A stretch of DNA of 63,994 bases, filler included, from Bigelowiella natans CCMP2755 (Eukaryota > Protista > Cercozoa), in the NCBI GenBank assembly GCA_000320545.1. It is 8 parts of 8 records of this genome, joined end to end, with 100 filler letters (N's around TTAATTAATTAA, not from the genome) between each part and the next. Parts side by side here need not be neighbours in the genome. Positions count along the whole stretch, not along the records: positions 14,991 to 29,944 come from ADNK01003470.1; positions 30,045 to 48,628 come from ADNK01002044.1; 6 more parts are not named here. The stretch is one strand, 5' to 3'. The position numbers were made by a program, and so were the translations under genes. Of the stretch, positions 25,408 to 36,651 are shown one piece after another. Positions within the stretch are counted from its first letter, which is position 1, and each line of letters begins with the position of its first letter. Under the pieces are notes generated by a model. The model saw only the letters and a program-made list of their open reading frames with translations. It did no database searches and was not told the origin of the DNA.

Positions 25408-26777
25408 ATGGCGACTCCATGTCCTCCCCCTTGCTGCTCCAACGAAGACCTTGAAATTTCTATGAATGAGAGCCAGCTTGATTTTTCAAAGCTGAAAGAT
25501 GCTATGAGGTCTCCTGATCCAAAGGAGCACGAGCCACTGATGAGACTGGACGAAGATCAGGGTCGTATTTCCGCTTGTTTCCTCCTTTTCGTTCGATTTA
25601 GATAAACTGTTCTACTCGTATGTGATCGTTCTTTCTTTATTTCAACCGAGGAAGGAGAGAAATCACCCCCCATTGTCAGACGTGGTTCCCGTCCCTGTGT
25701 GTGTGTATGTTTGTATTTTCTAAGCATCAGTCGAGAGGCTTCGACCAATCATCCCGAACAAAAATATCTCTTATTGCAGGCAATGAAGGAGCTATTGCAC
25801 ATAGATTTCGAAGTCAGGGCAGTCAAGATAGATGGTTGGAGAAGATCTCAAGGTTGCTTGAGGACGAGTCAAAGGGTGCTAGCGGCTGGTTTACCTCCAT
25901 CACGAACATGTTATCACCTATCGAAAGCGGTGAAGAGGCTTCGAACCTTACAGATAAAACTACTAAAGAAGAATCAGATAAAGAGAACAACAACGTATCA
26001 TCTCTCAATTCTAAAGAACTTGCTGTTCAAGAAATATTGAAACGAGCGAAAGAAGTCGCCGAGCGTGAGAGTCAAGTCATGGAGTCATTCGCATTACTAA
26101 ATGGGGAGAGACGTAAAGTTGAGGAGAGACAGGAGCTTTTAGCAAAGTGCAATAGCCTGGAGATAAAACTTGAAGGCCTCAAAGAAGAGTAAGAAACTAA
26201 TTATTAGATGTTCATTATCAATACAGACCCACCCAACCCTTTTACATCGACGCATACATCTTTTTCGATATCTGATGACAAATGAAAGAAGAGAAAGAAA
26301 CATGATTGCGTTTGTTTAAGGCTATCGATCACCAAAGATGAGTTGAAGGACCGTCGCGAGTTTGTGGAGTTCCTTCGCGAGAAGCACGAGTTTGAGATAG
26401 GAGCTGCCAAACGTGACCAGCTCCGTCAGATCGACGAGAAAAATGATCAAATTGCAGCGATATCTTCACAGAGGGATCGTGCACGTGCTGATGGAAAGGC
26501 TCTTGCAGAGCTACTTAACCTCGAGTCAGAGCAGACCAAACAGTTGACAAGCCAGGTCGAGATTTACAAGGTGAAGCTAGCCAACGCGCTACGAGCTGCT
26601 CGCCGAAGAATGCTTCCAAAAGACTACGAGAACTTCCTCATGACAGTGTCTCCCATACGTGAGAGAAAGGAAAGCAAGAAACAATTTGGAACTTGCACTA
26701 ACCACATAGCTTCTTCTCCACCTTCTTTAGTCTCAATGGAGACTGAAGGAAAGCAGAAGGTACAGGGTACACAGTAA
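25408..26777 (+). CDS. Coiled-coil protein of unknown function (about 4 exons)
   Basis: E/K/Q-rich helical ORF segments at 25408-25560, about 25780-26190 and about 26320-26777, separated by GT-AG introns. Confidence 0.65.
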
Positions 26778-28299
26778 TGAACAAGCAACGTTCAATTTAT
26801 TCGGATTTGCCGGTGCACAAGCTCGCACATCATGACGCTTACATTGCTCGTATGGTATGACATAGGCGTACAATGTGCCACAATGACGTACGTCTGCAAC
26901 AATGCATATAGCCATCAGATACAGCTTACTTGTGAATCTAAGAAAATCGAAGTAGTATCGTAGTTAGGTAATCAAACAACCTCATGCTCCAGACCGCAGT
27001 AACTACCTACTGCAAACTATCTAGCTATGCGGGGACACAGTTGTGGTCGCTTTGTCAAACATGGATTCTGCCATCATGTGCATGCTATAGCATGCAGGGA
27101 TATTGTTAGATTGCTGAATGTATGATACGTGCAACACGTACGCTAGCGAACGTACATGTGCTTCCATTTGCAAAAGCTTTGGCCAAACAAACAACAACAC
27201 TGCAATGACATTGGACGCAATAGCTAGCTAGCGTAGCAAGTGGCACATCTAGACACGCACATTGCATTGCACTAGCTAGCTAGTTGATCTAGCTATTTTA
27301 TGGACACAGCTAGCTAGCTAGACAGTCTACTAGCAAGCTAGTCTAGCTAGCTACTAGTGCACATCACTTCCATAGCCTTACAGGAGCAGGACTACATAGC
27401 GTACGCACGTACGAACACATGTAATTTTATGTACATACCTATATAGCGTAGTCACACATGTCCTAGAGAACATGCACAAGTCTAGATGTGTTCCGAACAT
27501 GCTAGCATGGGTACGCTCTATAGTCTTACATGCAGGCTAACAGGCTAGCAGCAGGGCCACATATGTACACTAGCTAGCTAGATCAACATGACCTCGCTAG
27601 CTAGCAACAGACATGACTAGACGACATCATCATTGCATGCGATGCACAGCACACACGATCTATGGCTAGCCCTAGCTAGCTAGAGCGGTGTTGCATTGCT
27701 AGATCTAGAGATTGCCACACTAGCATATCTGGGCTACGACGCTGCGTGCTAGCTTACTAAAGTTAGCATTTCAGATTTTAGCGTTGCATGTTTAGATGTG
27801 TGCCATCGTGTGGCTTGAGCCACATCCACAAAATGGACACATTTATGCTGTGATGCTCTAGTTTATGTGCTGTTAGCTGTGCACATGCGCATGCTTGCGT
27901 TCAACACGTTTGTGCATCCAGTCGTTGCAAGATGACAAGGGACACAACAACAAACCATCAATTACACAACAAAGAACTTGGTGTGCAACACTCATCATCA
28001 ACTACTGTCAAATACGCATCTATCGTGAGTAAAAATGAGCTTGTTTGCAGCACAATCACTGCAAAACACACCCTTCTCCAGATTCACTACCATCGTTGAC
28101 CTAATGATATTTTTTCATGGCAAAAATAGCAAAGTGTCATGCAAGACATGATTGATTTCCCAATCATTACAATCTATGTGCTTCTTTAAGCTAACATAGC
28201 ATAGAGGTATGATATACATCAACCTAAAGCATTCAAACACTCATATCCGTTTGTTTCACTTACGTCTACAGGTTTGCTATTCTGGTGAAATGGTCATAC

Positions 28300-28377
28300 C
28301 TGTTGGCTGTCGCCGTCTTGAATTGGTTTGGGAAAACTCCAAACCTATCAAACGAAGTGAAGTTATGCGATTTCTCT

Positions 28378-28411
<34 letters not shown>

Positions 28412-28668
28412 GCTATGTTAATTCAAGATCAAATGGAAGGCTGCTGTACAGAAATGAAGTGCCTCTTGAACGTTTCTATGATTTATTTAAAATAATTACA
28501 TTCATTTCGCGGTCGTAGCCCCCAGTGACAATTTTAAAGGGGCTGATTTAAGAATCATTGATTCGAACAAAAGTAGTAATAGCAATATTATATCGTCAGT
28601 AATTTAAGTCATATATTCTACATCAGCACTTCAGGAAGCATCATGTACGAGTAAATATAAATATGAAC

Positions 28669-28713
<45 letters not shown>

Positions 28714-28714
28714 A

Positions 28715-28747
<33 letters not shown>

Positions 28748-29381
28748 GTCGCAATAGTAGTTCTGAATTTTCTTCAAGACAAGCAAATTATTGGCATTTC
28801 TGATTCTTTTTCTTCTGCAGCTACTAACCACTGATTTGTCTAATTCTCTCTCTTTCTTCTTCTTCTTCTTCTTCTTCTTCTTCTTCTTCTGTTATTGTTA
28901 TTATTTATAAATGATTATCGGGATGGATGGATGGATGATCTGTTCTTTTGTCTTCTTCTTACTCTACAAGTGCCACTGATCGCACATCCATCGTATGCCC
29001 ACCAAGCTCCTGAGCATTATTATTAGACAGAAGAAGACCAATGTCTCAATGATTACGGGAATATCATAATCCTCATCGCATTCTTGTTCGCGACTGAATG
29101 AGCAACACCTGTAAGAGATCTCCCGTGTGACGGTCGTATACCCTAGTTTTCGTGTCTCGTGACGCCGAGATGAGAACGTAGGGAGATACCGTGATGGAGA
29201 AGACAATTCCTGAATGGCCTTCAAATGTTCGCAAACACTGCTTCGACGTGTAATCCCACATACGCACCTGGTAATGACAAGGAGGAGGACGAGGAGGAGG
29301 AACAAATTGTGGTGGTGGTGGTGGTGGTGGTGGTGGCGAACAAGCGTGGTTTCGGGATCTAGACGACAACGACAACGGATG

Positions 29382-29412
<31 letters not shown>

Positions 29413-29835
29413 CACATTGGGGATTGACATATTTTACAGATATTACGTGCCAAGCCATCATCATCATCGTCGTCGTCATCATTATCTCCTTGTATTCTTT
29501 CTACACTATATTATTATTCCCTTCATAATTACTATTATTACTATTCCTTACGGTTGGTAATAATAACGACTACCTTCGCATCACACCCACCAGAGAATAT
29601 GCGTGTGTCAGGGTCAACCTAAACACAAATAAACAAATATATGATGGAGGTAATTATCGAAAATGATTAGGAAATGAAGAGGAATCATTGAAGAGATATG
29701 ATTGGTGAGAACGTAAGAAGTTGGCAATTGATTGCTTCTGCTGCTCACTCACTCACTCACCGGATCAAACACGATGGAGAGAATCGTATCGCTTTCAGGG
29801 GGATATATTGTCGTCAACGGTTTGCCATCTGACGT
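28300..29835 (-). CDS. WD40-repeat protein, 3' portion (5' part beyond the gap)
   Basis: Segments TRIFSGGCD, VRMWDYTSKQCLRTFEGHSGIVFSITVSPYVLISASRDTKTRVYD and ELGGHTMDVRSVAL. The 3' end is approximate. Confidence 0.75.
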
Positions 29836-29867
29836 CTAACAATTTGTTGTATATTGCGCGCGCGCGT

Positions 29868-29943
<76 letters not shown>

Positions 29944-30044
29944 GNNNNNNNNNNNNNNNNNNNNNNNNNNNNNNNNNNNNNNNNNNNNTTAATTAATTAA
30001 NNNNNNNNNNNNNNNNNNNNNNNNNNNNNNNNNNNNNNNNNNNN

Positions 30045-30161
30045 GGGAGTTTGGGTGCTCGGACGAGTACATCTCTTGGCTTTCGCAATCTGAAACGGAG
30101 TTAATGTTTCGGATATGCGAGCACTTTGGATGACCAACATGCACTTAACCCCCTCCTATTT

Positions 30162-30213
<52 letters not shown>

Positions 30214-30655
30214 TTTCCTCCTCCTCCTCCTCCTCCTCTTCCCCGCCCCTCTCCCTTTCCTCACCGTCTTGCAAGATTGAAGCACCCCGTGGTAGGAAAC
30301 TTCATCAGCGGTCAAATTAGCCTGTGAATACCAACCAACACAATGGATAAAAAGGCTGCTGCTACATTGTGCGAGTGCAGGGCCATAAAACATACTATAC
30401 CTAGACGCACTTCCCCACCCCCCCTCCACCAGAAGTAGAAAGCATTTGACCAACCTCATCGATGTCGCCGAAAAGCTCCACGGCTCGATCGAAATGGTGT
30501 TCGTGCGGAGAGAGTGAGAGGGCCAAGATACACGCGTTGTATGCATTTAAGTCCCTCGGAGCGAGGTCCTCGTACCTGCGCAGGGATAGGGGGAGGTGGG
30601 TGTGTGCTCTCCTCCTTTGTGATAGGAACGAAAATGCAGCATTGCACTCATACAC

Positions 30656-30691
<36 letters not shown>

Positions 30692-32070
30692 GTGTGTGTG
30701 TGTGAGAGAGAGAGAGTGTGCGTTTTGGGGAACATTCCTAAATTTATACAACATGCCTTTTCCCCTCATTAACTTCGCAAAAGCATCATCGTCATCATCA
30801 TCATCATCGTCATCGTCATCGTCATCATCGTCCTACTCGTCGAAGACGTCCAAAGCCTTCTCGAAATCGCGCTCGGCCCCGTAGCTTTTGTTATATTATG
30901 TAAGTCGCACAACACGTGGTGTGGGGGGGGGAGAGAGTGGAAAGGATGGGTATATAAATCAACATCACATTCGTGAAGCTGCTGCCCAAACGCAGTGATA
31001 TACATCTTTGCTTGATGAATTTCATTGTCTTATGCGTGAGATCATAATAGCATTGCGTGCGAATCTATCTACGCGCACTTACGCGTCAATCGCGCTATTG
31101 AGCATTGCTCCAGTGGGCTATCGGACCATACAAAATCATAACACAACAACACATATTTCAACAACTCCTGCGATCGATGGAGACTGACAGTGGGGATTCT
31201 GTCTGTTTGAAGGACTCAGATGTGATTTTGTAATTCTGGTCGACAACAATAACAACAACAACAACAACAACAACGCTGCACCAGCTCCTTCCTCACCTTC
31301 ACGCGTGCTCGCGCCTTCTCGTAAATCTTGATGGTCAACGCATACTGACAAAACACACCGTGCACACAGGCAATACCATTGTATGAGGCGAGATCGAGAG
31401 ATGGGGTCAGAGCGGGAGTTTACGCCTCCTCCAACCATGAAAACAGCTTGACCTCTTCTTTGGATTGGGTCGTCAGCATGAGCAGCATAAACTCGGCCTG
31501 CGAGGGAGATGGATTTCGCGTACTTTCATCATCGACAGGCTGTACCTGTGCTCCGCCCTTCCCACCCCCTATGCCTCGTTCGCTTGTGGTATACCAATAT
31601 GTTGATGAATACCTGTCCCAATTCGTGCTCTAGGAGGTCCTCCCATATGCGCTCGCGAATCTGTGTGTAATTTACAAGAAGTTCTTCTTCATCATCCAAA
31701 CGCAAGGATCTGAACAACGAACTCCACAGCTGGTGTAGTGGATAATGTGTGTTCACGAATTAGGCGTTAAAGGCGACTAACCAACCTCAGTATTTCTTGC
31801 GGATTGGAACTTCCTCAGCATGTCGTCTTTGGTGAACGATGCCATGAACCTGGTGGAGCCCAGATTCCAGCCCCAGCTCTTCCGCTCCACCCTCTCCAAA
31901 TCCACCGGTTTCTTCGAGGCAATGGCATTGTTACTGGGGATGGATGACACAAGAGTAATAGAACTTCCAACTTGAGGGCGAGGGGTGGTGCTGATTGCCC
32001 TCACAAAGACGAGGTGCCGCCTAAACGAGGCTCGGGATGCGAGCGTAGCGCGAGCCGACGTCGACGCCAT
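30045..32070 (-). CDS. Pentatricopeptide-repeat (PPR) protein with a mitochondrial-type presequence (3' part truncated by the gap)
   Basis: The N-terminus MASTSARATLASRASFRRHLVFVRAISTT is R/S-rich with no acidic residues. PPR-like units read RDFEKALDVFDE, RDLNAYNACILAL...FDRAVELFGDIDE and ANLTADEVSYHGVLQSC. Confidence 0.75.
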
Positions 32071-32309
32071 TGTGCTCGTTTGGTTTTGCGCGCAACGCAT
32101 TCACCACAAGTCGCAGTGTGAACATTGCCGGGATGTTTTGGGGAACAAAATGATGCGGTTTTTGACGTGCGACACGGTTGTGCAAGGGCATGAAACGTGA
32201 AGTTTGGAGAGACAATTTGAGACCAACTTGAAAAGCCGTGCTGAAGTGCAGTTTGTCACCATTGCGCCCCCTCGGTTGTCCCCAACGTTGATCTCCGTGT
32301 GGACGTGGC

Positions 32310-32550
32310 TGTCAGGAAGTTGCTGCTCAGGATGGATGCTTTGCGTCGTCGTCGTTTGGCTGCCAGTTGTGTTGTGCTCAACGTTCAGTTCGTGCCAATT
32401 TGCACGAACCCCGCTGGTTTGCCAGTCAGTCCTCACTGAAGCCAGTTCGAGGCACTGCGTTTCGCACATTGCAAGTGTCTTGTCACACTTTGGAAACGCA
32501 GTTTTTCATCATTGTTCTCATTGATTCCCATTGTTCGTTGTTCGTGCACG
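32310..32550 (+). repeat. Dispersed repeat of about 230 bp, copy A (direct repeat of 35640-35865)
   Basis: Shared blocks CAGGAAGTT, CTTTGCGTCG, CCAATTTG, GCTGGTTTGC, TCCTCACTGAAGCCAGTTCGAGGCACTGC, CACTTTGGAAA and TCATCATTGTTC occur in the same order in both copies. Confidence 0.85.
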
Positions 32551-34050
32551 ATCGAGGAGGTCTCGGGTGAGTTTGCGTGACCCGTGACTTTCCCAACCGC
32601 TCCTGTGGAACTGCTTCGTTCGTTCACGCACTCATCGGAATCGTGAGGGCGAGTGTGCGTTGCCTTGCAAGTTTTCCTGCGCCTCCATTGTGCCTCGTGC
32701 CGACACTTCGAGTTCAGAAATCGCGGCGCTCACTGTGGGCACGCTGCGTGCAACGAGAGCAAGCCTTCGCGAGTTCGATGGGCGGGGCATTGCTCCGACC
32801 TCCAAGTTTCACCACAGGTGTTTGGAGCCATCGAAGTTCCAACGCACAACGTGAGCACTGTGACCGCTGCTTTGCACGGCCACGTTGGGATGACACTCAA
32901 AAAGACTTGGTCACTTCGTCGTGCACCCGCCTGCGCTCATTGCTGGTTTGTGTGGAACGCGCGATGGAAGAAACAAGCAGGTGTGACGTGAGCGCTGCAG
33001 CCGCAGCTTTGCGCACAGCTGCATTGGGATGACCACTGAAAAGGTTTGATCGCCTTCACAACGCACCAACACCATGCACTCGTTTCACGTTTGTCTCGCC
33101 ATCACGTGTGCCGAGTGCACTTTTGAGCACCCGCTTCCTGTCGTTGCGATTCACGCAGTGCGCGCAGCGGCCCGTGACTTTTTCAGCTGCAGTCGACGAC
33201 TGGGTGCAAACGCTCTTGACTGAGTGCGTGAAGCAGTGCACACAGCAAAGTTGAGCAAGTGTGTTCGTCCGTGTGACAACGTGAACGCTGTGGCCGCCAC
33301 AGCCACATCCAGACACCAGGATGACTGCAATTGAAAAAGTTTGACAAGTTGCTTCTTCACATCCGTCTCGCACAAAAAGAGTTGGAATTTGATCACTTGA
33401 CGAAAAGCAAACACACAAACCTTTGTCGTGGTTGCAAGCAGGACACTGAAAAAAACCCTGCGCGTGCACAACAAAAAGTTTGCGTGCGCTGCCATGTCAC
33501 ATCGCACTTCACAACAAGCTGGTGCAGCGACAAGTCAAAAGCTGCGCACGTGAAGAAACTTGGGTTCATGCCATTTTCCCGCACAACAGGAATCAAATTG
33601 AAGCTCCCAAGTGTTGCCACTTCGTGGATGCGCGCCATTTGTGGTGTTGGCAACCTTGGGACACAATTCGTGATGTCCCGAGGGCAACGCACACAAGCAG
33701 ATGCCACATGCGACACACGTGACACGCTGCAGAACATGGACCATCTCTTGCAATGCAGGAAATGCGAACCTCAAAGACTCAAACTGAAGCAACAACTGAT
33801 GACGGCCATCATGGACCGCAACGACGAAACAAAACGCCTCTCAAATTATAAAATGCAGAAAAAAGAGCTCGCACTGCTGCGCGCAAAGCACGATGTGACC
33901 GACACCAAATTGCAATGCTTTCTCATGCATGCAACGTGTGACACTGGAAACAAACAGACACAACTTGAGCGCTGTAGCCGCTGCTTTGCACAGCTACATT
34001 GGGATGACCATTGAAAAAAATTCAACATTTCATCACATCCGTCTTGTGGT
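32550..34050 (+). mobile_element. Heavily mutated, TpA-free remnant, probably the 3' end of a non-LTR retrotransposon ORF2
   Basis: ORF 33331-34014 contains WMRAICGVGNLG...ATCDTRDTLQNMDHLLQCRKCEPQR, resembling the C-terminal CCHC knuckle of LINE ORF2 (R.G...L, C..C......H.L.CP.Y...R). It has four internal copies of an 80-90 bp unit and a dispersed homolog at 2394-2720. No RT core is visible. Confidence 0.55.
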
Positions 34051-34217
34051 TCACAGTAGCCAACTGGCTTGTTGCAAATCATGATGCAGTACGCCCGTGG
34101 CGTGTGAGATGGATGCCATGATGATCTCTGTCTCAATTTCATTGCATGATCGATGCTAGATGATGATCGCAAGGCGTTCATGCCTGCTAGCCTTATTGCA
34201 TTCACTTTGTAGTTTGA

Positions 34218-35197
34218 TCATGCTCCATGTTTCTTCAACAAAGCAACAAATTCTTCTTTCCCAGACATTTGCGCTTGTATTAAGGGTGTAATTCTATCTT
34301 CTTTTGTCCCTTTAGGGTCGGCTTTCGCCTCTAACAACATTTTGACGAGTTCAACATCCCCTCTCAAGCCCACAGCAGATTTGAGTGCTCCATTGATTAT
34401 GCCATTGTCGTTCTTTGCGGAAAGGTTGACATTTGCTTTTGCCTCTAAATGTTATGCAAAGAGGACTAATAAAATCGCAGAATGAAAGTTGGAGGCCAAT
34501 GAGAAGGTGTCAGGTGAAACATGAAAGGATTTTCACCTGCATAAGCAATTGATGTATGATCTCTATTATAAACTGAATTTCCTACTAAGTCAATATTAGC
34601 TATCGCTCTTGAACTTAGTAAGTGTAAAATAGTGTGCATGCAAAAACGTGAATGTCACGTACCAATCAGCAATTTTGAAAGCTCGATGTTGCCATTAAAA
34701 ACAGCAACATTTAATGGAAACTGTCCATCCTTGCTAATGTGATCCACAGGAGCCTTAGCTTCCAGAAGCATCTTCACTAAGACATCCTTGTCGCGGCTTA
34801 TGGCATAGCCCAGAGGATAAACACCCTTCGAATCTTCGTAGTCGAGCTTTCCATTCAATTTGAGAGTTTTTGCAACCTCTGAAACTTCACAATTTTGCAC
34901 CTCATACAAAAGTTTTTTCCCATCGTTGTCCTCCCTTTTGTACACTTCCAGAGCCAGTTTTGACACATTTTTGGAGAATGCTCTTACAAGATCTTCGTCC
35001 TTACTGATGAAGCGCTCGTACTTTGTCTCCTGGTCCATGTAAGAGATTATGATTTGGTGTGGGTTTGAGAACTGAAACTTCTCGGCTACAAACGTTTTGA
35101 GTTCCTCGTAACCACAGCCTTCTGTGTTGATCATCCGAAAGGGGAAACCGAGACATTTAGCATTTAGAATTAATTCATATGTTTTGCAGTTGTTCAT
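34218..35197 (-). CDS. PB1-like domain plus ankyrin-repeat protein (2 exons)
   Basis: GYEELKTFVAEKFQF...IISYMDQETKYERFISKDEDLVRAF is PB1/OPCA-like. Ankyrin repeats read GVYPLGYAISRDKDVLVKMLLEAKA, GQFPLNVAVFNGNIELSKLLI and DVELVKMLLEAKADP...TPLIQAQMSGKEEFVALLKKHGA*. Confidence 0.85.
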
Positions 35198-35639
35198 TGA
35201 CGTTTGACATTGTAGGATTTGTACATGTGAGTGCACCTTTCGATGACAGGATGAAACATTCTGTGCTTCCCTCATAACTCAATTGACAAATTTTCTTGGA
35301 AGCTGGGCAGCCCATGAAGCACACTCAAGACAGGAACCTTTCTAGATCTGGGTCAAGGTCTAGATCTAGATCTACTTGAAAATGAGTTCCTCTTCCGACA
35401 GTCCACGGAGTTTCGGACGTTACGCCCGCCTGGTTCCGGAGTTCCGGCTGACAACCGCCCTTCTGGAGTCATGCAACTCAAGGAACGGGAAAATGAAAAA
35501 AAAATGCCTGCGTTCACTGGTGGGACATGTGGAAAATTTGAGGCCATTTTTGGATGCGTCTAGACCACACTGGACTTTCCCAGTTGAATGAGAATGTGCC
35601 ATCCGAAACGGCCTGTGGGACACAGACCATGCACAGCAT

Positions 35640-35865
35640 TCAGGAAGTTCCCACTCAGAGTGCGATGCCTTTGCGTCGCCGCCATGTTGCTGCTAGTCAT
35701 ATCATTCCACAATGGCTAGGTCACACCAATTTGAAAAAACCCTGCTGGTTTGCTAGTTGTTCCTCACTGAAGCCAGTTCGAGGCACTGCATTTCGCACAC
35801 TGTGGGCGTGTCATGCAACACTTTGGAAATGCAGTTTGTCATCATTGTTCATTGTTCACGATTCA
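35640..35865 (+). repeat. Dispersed repeat of about 230 bp, copy B
   Basis: Aligns with copy A at 32310-32550 and retains a few TA dinucleotides, mostly in CTAG. Confidence 0.85.
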
Positions 35866-36105
35866 AAAATGCATTTCTTCCATGTGGAATCCTTGGCTTG
35901 ATCACTGCCCCCCCCCCCCCCTTCGCCCAGAAAGCAGACCAAGGTGCCAAAGTGTTGTCATTGGATGCGCACGTGTCCACTTGAACGGCCCAGAAGGGTC
36001 ACACTTTTTGGATTCACCTGACGTCCTGCTTCCTGACAGAAAGAAAATCAAAAACATTGAAATTCGAAGTTCAATGTTCAATGTTCGATGTTTTCCGGAA
36101 TCCGT

Positions 36106-36651
36106 CACGGCCGCTTCGACAGCTGCGAGTTGCACCAAACGAAGCGATGATGGACACGTGATGCCATGCACACCATGCACACATGTCCATTGCAGCGAGC
36201 CGCGAGCTGACGGAGTGGGAGTCGCACACGACGCACACACACACGCCAGCAGTGGAGTCAACGCAATGGACATCGTGTGACCATGGGCACTCTGACACTC
36301 AGACACATCGCCCGAACAAGTTTGCGCTTCAGTGCCACCCGTTCAGAAGCACGCAGCCTGCCAGCCTGCCTTGACCACGAGGTCAAGGACGATGGCCCGA
36401 CTGCGGTCGTTTTGCACGCGAACGGGTGTCAACGACGCGCTGCATCACTGCACCATGCCTTTGGTCGCAGAGCCGCCAAAACTTTTTCCAATGAGCACTC
36501 GCGTGCCAATGCCAGAATGCCTCCCACCGAAAGTGGCAGTGACGATGCAACATCGCGCACGCAGCGCGACGACTCTCACCACGTCGACTCGCTGTCAGGC
36601 CAACGGGGCTCACTTCGTTTTGTGCAACTCACAGCTGTCGAAGCGGCCGTG
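36106..36651. repeat. 42-bp inverted repeat pair enclosing about 460 bp (MITE or foldback-like remnant)
   Basis: 36106-36147 CACGGCCGCTTCGACAGCTGCGAGTTGCACCAAACGAAGCGA versus the reverse complement of 36610-36651 CACGGCCGCTTCGACAGCTGTGAGTTGCACAAAACGAAGTGA (3 mismatches). Confidence 0.8.

Noticed and set aside
32846-34045. CRISPR-like or DGR-like interpretation of the repeated units and adenine-specific differences
   Set aside because: The context is eukaryotic, spacing is irregular, the repeats are degenerate, and there is no cas or RT gene. Changes are TpA-specific on both strands over kilobases, not A-to-N in one variable region.
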